A stretch of 64,000 nt of DNA from Bacteroidales bacterium. GTDB taxonomy: Bacteria; Bacteroidota; Bacteroidia; Bacteroidales; PXBB01. Positions within the stretch are counted from its first letter, which is position 1. Each line of letters opens with the position of its first letter. The stretch is from assembly GCA_028698995.1 (NCBI GenBank), contig JAQVVM010000014.1, positions 14,735-78,734 of the forward strand, in the 5' to 3' direction. Below the pieces are notes generated by a model. That model worked only from the letters and a program-made list of their open reading frames with translations. It searched no databases and was not told where the DNA came from. Positions 1 to 9,168 of this stretch are shown one piece after another. The translations under genes were made by a program, and so were the position numbers.

Positions 1-1179
1 GAAATATGGGCACGGAGCCTGCGTTTCCCTCATGTTGACAACTATTTGTCTTTGTCAGACAAAACCATGGTCAGTCCCCTAGATATTGACTTGCGTGAAG
101 CTTACTTTGATGTGTATGATTTCATTATTCCGGGACTAGATCTGAAAGTAGGACGTCAGAGAAATGCATGGGGCACTGCTGACAAGCTTAATCCTACCGA
201 CAACCTTAACCCTTACGACCTTGAAGACATCTGGGATTTTGGACGTCACCTTGCCTCGAATGGAATAAGCCTTTCTTATTATGTAAGTGATTTTACTTTA
301 AGCACTGTTTTAATTCCCGTATTTAATCCTTCCCTGGCACCTGATGCTTCACTTATATCTTTGATAATGCCGGAAGTAGATTTCCCTGAAACCACAATAT
401 TCAATAATAATCTGATGTATCTAAAATACAGGCAAATAAAAGACAGCCTTATTTTACCCGAACGCACATTAGAAAACTCTGTTTATGGATTTCGTATAGA
501 AAAGCCTTTCGGTGTTTTCAATACATCAGTCAGCTATATGACTGGAAAGGATTTCCTCCCAGCCCCATTTAAAACACAGATTGTACCTGCTGTTATCCAA
601 ACCGACACAATAACTATTGATGTTCATTCTGATTTGACATTCTCAAAACTTCAAGTTATTGGAGCTGATTTTGCCGGTTCTGTTTTCAATTTAGGTGTAT
701 GGGCTGAAGCAGGACTTTTTATTCCTGAAAAAGTCACCAATAAAACACAGATGCAGTTGATGGGCATTACCCTTATGGAACAGGACTCCATCGTCATTGA
801 TGATAAACCTTATATTAAATATGTTGGAGGCCTTGATTATACTTTTTCAAATGGCTCCTATCTAAATTTCCAGTATATGCACGGTTTCTTTCATGAAAGA
901 CGTCTTGATTTGCATAATTACATGATTTTGGCATTTGACATTCCCCTTTTTAACAGTAAGCTTAAGATCGCTCCTTGTAATTCATTTATTCAATTTAAAG
1001 ACTTTAATAGCATAAAAGATGATTATGCTTTTGTTGTGATGAGCGAATTGAACTACCTGGGAACAGACAATCTGCGTATTTCTTTAGGCAGCAGAATTAT
1101 AGAGGGCAAAGGGAAAAGTAACTTTGGCAAACTAAAAAACCACGATACTGTTTACCTAAAATTTAATTACAGTTTCTAA
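1..1179 (+). CDS. putative outer-membrane beta-barrel protein, 5'-truncated by the window edge
   Basis: Frame 1 has no stop from nt 1 to the TTG at 46, so the gene very likely starts upstream of the window. The GRQRNAWGTADKLNPTDNLNPYD motif and the alternating strand-like pattern resemble alginate-export/DUF1302-type barrels. The protein ends ...FNYSF, and a C-terminal Phe is typical of OM barrels. Confidence 0.5.
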   Translation, partial: EIWARSLRFPHVDNYLSLSDKTMVSPLDIDLREAYFDVYDFIIPGLDLKVGRQRNAWGTADKLNPTDNLNPYDLEDIWDFGRHLASNGISLSYYVSDFTLSTVLIPVFNPSLAPDASLISLIMPEVDFPETTIFNNNLMYLKYRQIKDSLILPERTLENSVYGFRIEKPFGVFNTSVSYMTGKDFLPAPFKTQIVPAVIQTDTITIDVHSDLTFSKLQVIGADFAGSVFNLGVWAEAGLFIPEKVTNKTQMQLMGITLMEQDSIVIDDKPYIKYVGGLDYTFSNGSYLNFQYMHGFFHERRLDLHNYMILAFDIPLFNSKLKIAPCNSFIQFKDFNSIKDDYAFVVMSELNYLGTDNLRISLGSRIIEGKGKSNFGKLKNHDTVYLKFNYSF

Positions 1180-1389
1180 AAGGGATTAAGAACGAAGACA
1201 GCTTAATTAGCTATAAAATGTTTTTAAGTTGTGTAATAAAACCCTCAATTTTAACGCAAATTTTTAAAAGGCCGTTTTCTGTCTTCGTAAACATGAGTGC
1301 AATAAATGCCTCTTTTTATCTTTTTAAAGATTTTCTGTTTGCTTTGAAGTAGTCCGGAGGACTGCCATGTTTGTTGTCGCTGGTTTCAC

Positions 1390-1541
1390 CCCGTGGCAAA
1401 AAGGATTGGGGAAGATGGTTTTGGCGTGTGAATATGAAAGCGATGCACCCAAAGTTCCCCAGCGGTGAACGATGTTAATAGGCACGGGTTTTTACCCGTG
1501 GCAAAAAGAAAAGAAGAAAATGGTTTTGGCGTGTGAATTTG
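1390..1541. repeat. two 47-nt direct repeats (offset 105 nt) in a G+C-rich intergenic island
   Basis: Copies lie at 1390-1436 and 1495-1541. The first 14 nt (CCCGTGGCAAAAAG) and a 19-nt block (ATGGTTTTGGCGTGTGAAT) are identical, while the 11 nt between them diverge. The second copy begins inside a 7-bp hairpin, CACGGGT-TTTT-ACCCGTG (1483-1500). The element lies between convergent genes and is visibly more G+C-rich than its flanks. Confidence 0.7.
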
Positions 1542-1883
1542 CTGCAACGCCATGCAAATTCCATGACAAAACCGCAACATTAGCCTAAAGTAAGGCGCCT
1601 CTGTATATAGTTGTCAAAAAACCACAGCGATAGTTTATAATAGACCTTGACTTTTACTCTACTTTACACACAAAACATTAATTATTTAAGTTTTCGTAAA
1701 ATGGAAGATTCGGAGTAGAACTGATGAATATATATATATTCTTGTAAATGAGATATTTCTTCCCCTACAGCGAATCAAAAAAACAAAACAAGGTTTACAT
1801 GGGAGTAAAACACTAGTAAAGTACTTACCACACTTAATTAGACAAGTCAAGAAAGGTATAAAAAAACGGAGAGACATTATTTG

Positions 1884-2516
1884 TTACTCAACTTTAACAC
1901 ACCTGACAGAAAAGCCGTAATCTTTAGGGAAATCACCTCTGAATATCCTGGCTTCAGTAGACCATAAAGTTCTTCTCCAAGCTTTTGTTTCTAAGGAGCC
2001 GGTAGTAGATGTCCAGAAATAGCCATATGTAGAAAGATCACCATAAGGTCCGTTTCCAGGGTCTTTTTTACCCGCAAGTTGTGCATTAAAACCTGAGGAA
2101 CCATTAACTTTAAGTTTTGTTCCTTCATCAGTACCTCTCTCCCATCCTACTACACTAGTATGAGCATCAGCCATACCAATAGATTTTTCTAAAGAAATCC
2201 AATCGGCATCACTGGGTAATTTCCATCCTGTGGGACAAGCAGATCCGGCAGCGGTCCAAGAATATAAACGGCCATAATTAGCACAATTGGTATTATTACC
2301 ATCATAACACCAACTTCCGGTAGAAACTGCAACGTTTAAATTTTTTGCCATCCAACACTGCGACCCAATTTTCACGGCAGTGTAAGTCTGATTGTCTCTG
2401 GCATCAGTAAAAGATTCACATTTTGGACCTTCTTCTTCTTCATCTTTTTTACATGAGGTCATCACAAACATAGCTGCAAAAGCAACAATCATTAAAGCAA
2501 AAACATTTTTTTTCAT
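1884..2516 (-). CDS. FISUMP-domain lipoprotein (Fibrobacter succinogenes major paralogous domain)
   Basis: Lipoprotein signal MKKNVFALMIVAFAAMFVMTSC. FISUMP hallmarks are present: YTAVKIGSQCWMAKNLN, YGRLYSW, CPTGWKLPSDADW, GFNAQLAG, YFWTST, GFSVRCVK. Confidence 0.8.
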   Translation of the reverse strand: MKKNVFALMIVAFAAMFVMTSCKKDEEEEGPKCESFTDARDNQTYTAVKIGSQCWMAKNLNVAVSTGSWCYDGNNTNCANYGRLYSWTAAGSACPTGWKLPSDADWISLEKSIGMADAHTSVVGWERGTDEGTKLKVNGSSGFNAQLAGKKDPGNGPYGDLSTYGYFWTSTTGSLETKAWRRTLWSTEARIFRGDFPKDYGFSVRCVKVE

Positions 2517-2552
2517 AATTTTTCTGGGTTAATTTGGTTAATACAAGAGCAA

Positions 2553-2560
2553 CAAAAATA
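2553..2560 (-). promoter_or_regulatory. candidate Bacteroidota -7 box (TATTTTTG)
   Basis: The plus strand reads CAAAAATA, which is TAnnTTTG on the minus strand, 37 nt upstream of the 2516 start codon. I found no good -33 TTTG. Confidence 0.3.
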
Positions 2561-2584
2561 GAATTAAAATTTTATTAATATCAA

Positions 2585-3196
2585 TTATTTTATCAAGACT
2601 TTCAAATTTTTTTCATTTTCGAGATAAGATTCCAGCACATCATTAACTTTCACAGGACCAACACCCGAAGGTGTACCCGTAAAAATAAGGTCTCCAATTT
2701 TCAAAGTAAAAAATTGCGAGACATAACTTACTATATGATCAAAGGGAAATACCATATCTAAGGAGTTACCCACCTGAACCACATTATCGTTTAATTTCAG
2801 ACTGAAAGAAATACCCTCATTCTTAAGTAATACATCCTTATTAACGAAATTTCCCACTGCAGCAGCACCATCAAAAGACTTGGATATTTCCCATGGTAAT
2901 CCTTTTTCTATACATTCCTGTTGTATATCTCTAGCAGTAAAATCAATACCTGTTGCAATTTCATTATAGTATTTATGTGCAAATCTTGCTGAAATATTTT
3001 TCCCTAATTTACAAATTTTAAGTACCAGTTCAAGTTCATAATGAATATCTGAAGAAAAATCAGGGTAAAAAAAAGGTTGTTTTTTTAATAATAATGCGGT
3101 TTCAGGTTTAAGGAAAAAAACGGGTTTTTCGGGTATTTTATTTTTAAATTCCCTGATATGCGATAGATAGTTCCTTCCAATGCAAATAATTTTCAT
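2585..3196 (-). CDS. fumarylacetoacetate hydrolase (FAH) family protein
   Basis: MKIICIGRNY start, YELELV, GIDFTARD, PWEISKSFDG and the C-terminal GDLIFTGTPSGVGPV are typical of FAH / 2-keto-4-pentenoate hydratase-like enzymes. Confidence 0.8.
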   Translation of the reverse strand: MKIICIGRNYLSHIREFKNKIPEKPVFFLKPETALLLKKQPFFYPDFSSDIHYELELVLKICKLGKNISARFAHKYYNEIATGIDFTARDIQQECIEKGLPWEISKSFDGAAAVGNFVNKDVLLKNEGISFSLKLNDNVVQVGNSLDMVFPFDHIVSYVSQFFTLKIGDLIFTGTPSGVGPVKVNDVLESYLENEKNLKVLIK

Positions 3197-3199
3197 TTT

Positions 3200-4033
3200 T
3201 CAATCAAAAAGATTAGAGTTTATTTTACCACTTGAAGCACTCTTCAATTTTATTAACTGTATGAGTTTCTTTGTCAGCATAGGAAAATCACTTTTCTGCA
3301 TCCAGTCATAATAAGAAGGTTCTGTTTTAAAAACTTCTTCAACACTGCGGCCTTTATGTTTTCCAAAGTTGAAAACTTCGACATTGTTTTTGTCATAAAC
3401 AATATGACCAACCAGATCGGCATTTTTGCTGTTATAAGAAAACTCATGAAGTGCCTGCATATCATTTTTCAGAGGGGAAGACTCATTCCCATCATTATCT
3501 TTATAAGTAACACCCGTATATCTTTGAATCTGCGCGGCAAGTACTTCGTAAGTAGCCACTGTATCGGCTTCGGCAGTATGAGCGTTTTCAAGATCCTGAC
3601 CGCAATAGAATTTATAAGCAGCTTTAAGATTACGGGGCTCCATTTTGTGAAAAATATTTTGCACATCAATCAAACGTCTGCCCTTTAATTGAAAATCGAT
3701 GCCTGCTTTTAAGAATTCTTCAATGAGAAAAGGGACATCAAATTTATTGGAGTTAAATCCTGCAAAATCTGCATTTCCGATGAAAGCATGAAGCTCAGCA
3801 GCCACATCTTTAAAAGTAGGCTTATCAGCAACATCACTATCTTTAATCCCATGAATTGCAGTTACTTCCGGCGGAATAGGCATACAGGGGTTGATTAACT
3901 GGGTACGTATTTCCTTTTCACCATTTGTCTTTATTTTATAAAAACAATATTCCACAATCCTGTCCTTAACCAAATTTGTTCCTGTAGTTTCAATATCAAA
4001 CACGATTAAAGTTTTGTTAAGATTTAATTCCAT
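3200..4033 (-). CDS. DnaQ-like (DEDDh) 3'-5' exonuclease with a DUF3820-like C-terminal tail
   Basis: ExoI motif VFDIETTG, ExoII GFNSNKFDVPFL, ExoIII HTAEADT. The C-terminal FGKHKGRSVEEV...PSYYDWM resembles the exonuclease-associated DUF3820 tail. Confidence 0.8.
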   Translation of the reverse strand: MELNLNKTLIVFDIETTGTNLVKDRIVEYCFYKIKTNGEKEIRTQLINPCMPIPPEVTAIHGIKDSDVADKPTFKDVAAELHAFIGNADFAGFNSNKFDVPFLIEEFLKAGIDFQLKGRRLIDVQNIFHKMEPRNLKAAYKFYCGQDLENAHTAEADTVATYEVLAAQIQRYTGVTYKDNDGNESSPLKNDMQALHEFSYNSKNADLVGHIVYDKNNVEVFNFGKHKGRSVEEVFKTEPSYYDWMQKSDFPMLTKKLIQLIKLKSASSGKINSNLFD

Positions 4034-4059
4034 TTTTTAATTAATTTATTAATGAGGTG

Positions 4060-5721
4060 CTATTCCAAAGGCTGCAACAGAATATTCTTAACAATATGAG
4101 TGTTATGAGAGTTCAGTTGTGAAACGGTAATATTTTCAGAGTATGTATTAAACTTATTACTATTAACCACCAAATTATAGTTGCCTGGTGGTAAAACAAT
4201 TATATAACTGCCTGTCATCTTATTGGGTTTATATCTTCCAAAAATATCTCCTGTTTCAGTTTTATAAACATTTATACTGACGCTCAACTCATCACCGGAC
4301 ATAAACATATTGCTTTCTCTATTTGGAGACATTTGATTCTGTCCGCTTACAGGCATGAAAGCCGTATATATATTAGCAGAATCTTTATCAAGCAGGCTAC
4401 CTTTAATAATGGTAAAAGGTGGTGCTACATCATTGAAAACAACCTTATATAAATCAAGATCACCAAACCCTTCTGGTCTTCGGGCAGCAAGATAAGCGAA
4501 TCTTCCTGTCTGCGACATGCAAATGGTCATATTATCTTCGGGAGTATTCAAAGGATAGCCAATATTTACCGGTTCTGACCAAGTATTATTTTCTTTATCC
4601 CAATCTGTTCTAAAGATATCAAATCCCCCCATACTTTTATGTCCCTGAGAAGTAAAATAAAGGCTTTTACCATCATGAGAAAAAATAGGAAAATCTTCAT
4701 TGTATTCAGTATTTATGGTTGTTCCAATAATTTCGGAAGGCATCCACTCTCCTGAGGGAGATTTTTTTGACATGTAAAGATCCGTTCCGCCATACCCCTC
4801 GTTTCTTTCCGAAGCGAAGATAATTGTTTCTCTGTCGGGTGAAATTGCCCCTGATGTTTCAAGGGAATTCGAATTGATATCGGGGTTTATAAATGTTCCC
4901 TTAGGGAAACTCCTACCTTTACGTTGTAACCAAATGATGTCGTTAAATCCATCGAAATTGTCAATATACAAAAAGACGGTATTCCCGTCAGAGGATATAC
5001 CGACAGTTTCTTCAATAAGCTCGCTGTTAATTACCCCTCCTATATTCTTTGCTTTTCCCCACAAACTGTCTTTTCGAACTGTCATATAAACATCAGAGGT
5101 GTAATAACCATCAAAATCAATAAGCCTCCCTGTATTGACATCTCTTTTTGAGGTATAGATAACAAATGACTCATCTGCTGGAACAAATGGATTAAAATCA
5201 GGGAATGCAGAATTTATTTGTGGGCCTAAATTAAAGAAAGCAACATCAACGGGGGTTAACATTATCTCCATAGCGTTCCTGCACATTTCAATCTGACGTG
5301 AAGGAGGAATGTAAAACTTATCACGTCTTGTACCCTGAAGCATCATATATTTTCTAAAGGCATCAATAGCCTCTTCAAATCTATAGGCATATTGATAGGC
5401 TCGACCTAATTCGTACCAAACATCGGGTTCTAAAGCATTGTCTTTAGAAGCAAACTCGAGGAAAGGAATAGCTTTTAATTTATCAAGATTTGTATTTAAG
5501 TAGCATACTCCTAAACAATAGTTATACTGCGGATTCAAACTGTCTTGTCTGATTAAAGGGAGAAACTCATCCAAAGCTTCTCTGAAATTCTGCATTTTAA
5601 AAAGCTCTCTGGCATACCTTTCATTTCCCTGCTCAATAGGTTCCTCAATGTTTCTGCGCCTTTGCGAAAACAAAGAACAGGCCTGCAATATTAAAAGAAA
5701 AAAAATAAAGCTTCTAAGCAT
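4060..5721 (-). CDS. TPR plus PD40 (TolB-like beta-propeller) repeat periplasmic protein
   Basis: N-terminal signal, then TPR-like helices (YELGRAYQYAYRFEEAIDAFRKY). Repeated PD40-type segments follow (ISPDRETIIFAS, FSHDGKSLYFTS, GGFDIF, GDLDLYK). The C-terminal part looks like a CarboxypepD_reg sandwich (GSYIIVLPPGNYNLVV). Confidence 0.7.
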   Translation of the reverse strand: MLRSFIFFLLILQACSLFSQRRRNIEEPIEQGNERYARELFKMQNFREALDEFLPLIRQDSLNPQYNYCLGVCYLNTNLDKLKAIPFLEFASKDNALEPDVWYELGRAYQYAYRFEEAIDAFRKYMMLQGTRRDKFYIPPSRQIEMCRNAMEIMLTPVDVAFFNLGPQINSAFPDFNPFVPADESFVIYTSKRDVNTGRLIDFDGYYTSDVYMTVRKDSLWGKAKNIGGVINSELIEETVGISSDGNTVFLYIDNFDGFNDIIWLQRKGRSFPKGTFINPDINSNSLETSGAISPDRETIIFASERNEGYGGTDLYMSKKSPSGEWMPSEIIGTTINTEYNEDFPIFSHDGKSLYFTSQGHKSMGGFDIFRTDWDKENNTWSEPVNIGYPLNTPEDNMTICMSQTGRFAYLAARRPEGFGDLDLYKVVFNDVAPPFTIIKGSLLDKDSANIYTAFMPVSGQNQMSPNRESNMFMSGDELSVSINVYKTETGDIFGRYKPNKMTGSYIIVLPPGNYNLVVNSNKFNTYSENITVSQLNSHNTHIVKNILLQPLE

Positions 5722-5764
5722 TAAAAGACTTTTTCTACTTTAGGGTTTATAACAAGCAGCTAAA

Positions 5765-5810
5765 ATAAAAAAAAAACTTTAGCAATTCTTTATTAAAATG
5801 CTAAAGTTTT
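5765..5810 (-). terminator. rho-independent terminator closing the polysaccharide operon
   Basis: Perfect 12-bp stem (5773-5784 AAAACTTTAGCA / 5799-5810 TGCTAAAGTTTT). On the minus strand it is followed by a T-run (plus-strand A-run 5767-5776). It sits 44 nt downstream of the last gene of the minus-strand locus. Confidence 0.7.
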
Positions 5811-5853
5811 AAACAATTTTAGAATTATAATTGTCAGTATTTTAAGAAGATTA

Positions 5854-6939
5854 TCACTTAAACTGATATTGATAATCAGGATCCTCTTTTAGTATCTGCA
5901 CACTCTGAGGATAGTTTTCGATAAACCAAACCGTAAAAGCAGTGATATCAATATTTTCATTTTTTATCAATTTGCTTTTGTCTTGAGCACTACTTTTAGA
6001 CGTAGCATCCAAAATAATTTCAATCCCTTTTTCAAGAGCTTTATTCTGTTGCTCTTCTGTGGTACTGAAATTCCACACCAAATTGTATTTTTCCTGTAAT
6101 TCATCTGTATATCCCCTTCCGTTTTTATCAAGGTAAACAGATGGTGTTCCCAGCATTGCACTCTCAGAAGCCATTGTAGCACTTTCACCGAATAATAATG
6201 ATGCAAAACATAGGGCATCGTGCATGCTGCCAGCAGGAATATTCATTCTGAACTGCTCCAGGTCAGGAGATAATTTAGTTTCTGATGTAATAAATACCCT
6301 TGCATTTTTAGAAAATTTGTTAACCAATTTTCGTTTCATCTCCAAAGTCAAGCCTTTATGGCCAACATCATGAACAGCTTTCCATGAAACAAAACGAAGA
6401 ATGATGTACTTTTCATTGTCTTTCAAATTCAACAAATTCACTATTGAATCATTTGCCTTATAATAATGCGGGTGCAAGTAATATAATTCAAAATAACTTT
6501 TAATCCTGATGTGTTTCTTTCCTAAATCATCTTTATAACAGGCTGGTGTTACTATATGCTTTGAAAACGTATCAGTTAACAAGTGGTGGAGCTTCGCATC
6601 TTCGGTGTCATTAAAGGAGATATGAGGTATTCTCAGCAACCATCCTGCTATTGCCGGATAAGGAGTCCCAAAACTAAGCAATATATCAGGTTTAAATATT
6701 TTACATTGTTTATAAATAATGGAAATTGCTTTAAAGAAATAAAAAAATTTACCAGTCATGCTGCTACTGCCTTTACCTCTGTCAACAAAAGGAATTTTAA
6801 AAGTTTTAAGCAAACTGTGCTCAATTTCCTTATTGCGTGAAATGACAAGCACCTCATGCCCCTTTGATTTCATGATATAAATAAAAAACCTGAAACAATG
6901 AACATGTTGTGGGTGGTTAATATCAATCAGGATTTTCAT
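5854..6939 (-). CDS. DUF354 family protein (GT-B-like, function unknown)
   Basis: About 360 aa. The MKILIDINHPQHVHCFRFF N-terminus and overall layout match my recollection of DUF354 proteins. It is a paralogue of 8069-9163, with a near-identical C-terminal tail WFIENYPQSVQILKEDPDYQYQFK. Confidence 0.6.
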   Translation of the reverse strand: MKILIDINHPQHVHCFRFFIYIMKSKGHEVLVISRNKEIEHSLLKTFKIPFVDRGKGSSSMTGKFFYFFKAISIIYKQCKIFKPDILLSFGTPYPAIAGWLLRIPHISFNDTEDAKLHHLLTDTFSKHIVTPACYKDDLGKKHIRIKSYFELYYLHPHYYKANDSIVNLLNLKDNEKYIILRFVSWKAVHDVGHKGLTLEMKRKLVNKFSKNARVFITSETKLSPDLEQFRMNIPAGSMHDALCFASLLFGESATMASESAMLGTPSVYLDKNGRGYTDELQEKYNLVWNFSTTEEQQNKALEKGIEIILDATSKSSAQDKSKLIKNENIDITAFTVWFIENYPQSVQILKEDPDYQYQFK

Positions 6940-6993
6940 TTAATTACTTTCAAAATAAGTAAACACAATGAGGACTAATCGGATTTTAAATAA

Positions 6994-8043
6994 TCAAAGA
7001 GACATAATGATATCTACCATTTTTTTAGCTACACCATCTCCAAAAACAGGAGGTTGTACACCGGTTGGCAAGAAATTTAAAAGTTTTTCTTCAAAGTCAT
7101 CTTCAAGGTAATCAAGAAGCATATTCCAACCATGTTGAACAGTTTCAATCCATTCTGTTTCAGGACGGAGCGTTATACATGCTCGCCCAAGCAAATAGGC
7201 TTCCTTCTGAATACCCCCTGAATCAGTGATAATTTTTTTTGAAAGCCACTGAAGTTTAAGAAAATCGAGGTAACCCTGAGGAGGGATACAAAGAATATTT
7301 GAAGGCACAGAAATTTTGTGTGCTTCCAAAATATTTTTTGTTCTGGGATGAATAGGAAAAACAATATGCTTGTTCAAATTGCCTAACTTTGAAACAATTT
7401 GTTTGAGGTTGGAAGGATCATCAACATTGTAGGGACGATGTAGTGTTAGAAGAAAAAAATCACTATGCAACCCAAACTGTTCCTCAACCTTAGAAATTTC
7501 CACAGCTTTTTTTAAGTTATCATTAAGGGAATCCACCATAATATCTCCGGTCAGAAATCCCTTTCCAAGCAAGCCTTCATTCTTAAGGTTTAACATACCT
7601 GTTTGTGTAGGCACAAAGAGGTAATCGGATATATGGTCTGTTGCGACCCTGTTAATTTCTTCGGGCATATCTCTGTTAAAACTTCGTAAACCGGCTTCAA
7701 TATGTACTGTAGGAATCCTGAGTTTAACAGATGCCAGAGCTCCGGCTAAAGTAGAATTTGTATCACCGAAAACTACGACAAAATCTGGCTTTTCCTTTAA
7801 TAAAATACCTTCAATTGCACTCAGCATACCTGCTGTTTGCACACCCTGTGTGCCGGAACCAATATTTAAATTATAATCTGGAGCCGGAATTTTAAGGTCT
7901 TTAAAAAGCAAATCAGACATTTTTTCATCATAGTGCTGCCCTGTATGGATAATTATCTCAGAAGCATTTTCCCTTAATACTTTCGAAAAGGGGCCGAGTT
8001 TTATGAACTGGGGACGGGCACCAACAATTGATATTACTTTCAT
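6994..8043 (-). CDS. UDP-N-acetylglucosamine (or derivative) 2-epimerase, Epimerase_2 family
   Basis: MKVISIVGARPQFIKLGP N-terminus, HTGQHYD, VFGDTNSTLAGALA, HIEAGLRSFNRDMPEEINR, SGGIQKEAY. These are the classic WecB/WbpI-type motifs. Confidence 0.85.
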   Translation of the reverse strand: MKVISIVGARPQFIKLGPFSKVLRENASEIIIHTGQHYDEKMSDLLFKDLKIPAPDYNLNIGSGTQGVQTAGMLSAIEGILLKEKPDFVVVFGDTNSTLAGALASVKLRIPTVHIEAGLRSFNRDMPEEINRVATDHISDYLFVPTQTGMLNLKNEGLLGKGFLTGDIMVDSLNDNLKKAVEISKVEEQFGLHSDFFLLTLHRPYNVDDPSNLKQIVSKLGNLNKHIVFPIHPRTKNILEAHKISVPSNILCIPPQGYLDFLKLQWLSKKIITDSGGIQKEAYLLGRACITLRPETEWIETVQHGWNMLLDYLEDDFEEKLLNFLPTGVQPPVFGDGVAKKMVDIIMSL

Positions 8044-8068
8044 TTTTATGGTTTTATAAAGAATTATA

Positions 8069-9163
8069 CTATCGAAATTGGTATTGATAATCGGGATTTT
8101 CTTTCATAATTTTTACACTTGAAGGATAATTTTCAATAAACCATAAAAGAAATCCTGACACATCTATCTTGTCAGATAACATTTTTTTTCTTCTTTCAAC
8201 AAACGCTTCCTTTATTTGAGGATTATTCAAAAAATCTTTTACTGTGTCGAATAAAAGTTCTGTTCTGTTTGTCGGTATTCCTTTAGTCAATTGGTATTTT
8301 GATTCCAATTCTTCAAGAACACCAATTTTACCTGCAAAATCGTTAAATCTAATACCAGGGACACCCAAAACAGCAGCTTCTACAGCCATAGACTGGCTAT
8401 CCCCAATATACAAATGACAGAAAGACATAACATGATGAATATCAACAGGATCAATTTGCAGCCTGTATTTTTCGAATTGTTTCTCTAATGCTCTTTCAGA
8501 AGATATATAAATATTACCAAAAGGTAACAAAATATTTATTAATTCTTGTGCTATAGATTCTGTAATTCCTGTTTTTCCTTTATCATGATGGGCTGTGAGT
8601 TTAGCAAATCTTAAAAGAAAATAAGGTCGGGAAGTATCAACATATTTTGCTGCCACATCTTTAGAAGGTAAAAATCTGTTAGGATGCAGATAAGCTAATT
8701 TATGAAAACCGTTGTATTTAATACTTTTATTTTCCCATTTACCATTGTTGCATTTTGAAGGACTTAGAATATGGCTGGCAAATGGATATCCCATATTGCT
8801 AAACAACGGTACTATATCATAATCATCTTCATTTAAGATAATAGAAGATATATTCATTAACCTTCCAATCTGAGCAATTTCTGTAGAAGTGCCTAACATT
8901 AGGTGTGGCCTGTTTTTAATTGTATGCCATAATATTTTAAAATCCCTTTGGCAAAGTCCCCACGCAATGCCAAATTTACTATCTTTTCTGCCTTTAGGTT
9001 GAATGTTTATATAGGGAAATTTTGAGTTTTTCAATAAATCTTCTAAAACATCTTTTTTCTTAATCAAAATGGTAACTTCATGATGATTATCATTTAGTTC
9101 TAAAATAACATTCTTAAATAAATGGAAATGAGCAGGATGTCCAAGATAAATGAGAATTTTCAT
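8069..9163 (-). CDS. DUF354 family protein, paralogue of 5854-6939
   Basis: N-terminus MKILIYLGHPAHFHLFKNV. C-terminal tail WFIENYPSSVKIMKENPDYQYQFR, shared with the other copy. Confidence 0.6.
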   Translation of the reverse strand: MKILIYLGHPAHFHLFKNVILELNDNHHEVTILIKKKDVLEDLLKNSKFPYINIQPKGRKDSKFGIAWGLCQRDFKILWHTIKNRPHLMLGTSTEIAQIGRLMNISSIILNEDDYDIVPLFSNMGYPFASHILSPSKCNNGKWENKSIKYNGFHKLAYLHPNRFLPSKDVAAKYVDTSRPYFLLRFAKLTAHHDKGKTGITESIAQELINILLPFGNIYISSERALEKQFEKYRLQIDPVDIHHVMSFCHLYIGDSQSMAVEAAVLGVPGIRFNDFAGKIGVLEELESKYQLTKGIPTNRTELLFDTVKDFLNNPQIKEAFVERRKKMLSDKIDVSGFLLWFIENYPSSVKIMKENPDYQYQFR

Positions 9164-9168
9164 AATAA

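Noticed and set aside
1350-1366. AGTCCGGAGGACTGCC resembles the B12-box of cobalamin riboswitches
   Set aside because: It has two mismatches to the consensus as I recall it. The rest of the cobalamin aptamer core is not recognisable upstream, and no gene lies downstream on that strand.
1390-1541. Possible mini-CRISPR array (47-nt repeats are a length seen in some Bacteroidota type II-C arrays)
   Set aside because: There are only two copies. The middle 11 nt of the repeat differ. The 58-nt spacer is far longer than normal, and there are no cas genes anywhere in the window.
1386-1580. 64-aa minus-strand ORF from the track (MLRFCHGICMALQQIHTPKP...)
   Set aside because: Its internal peptide repeat (IHTPKP.S..LFATG twice) only mirrors the 47-nt DNA repeat. 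It lies between convergent genes in a structured G+C-rich element, with no recognisable start context or protein-like features.
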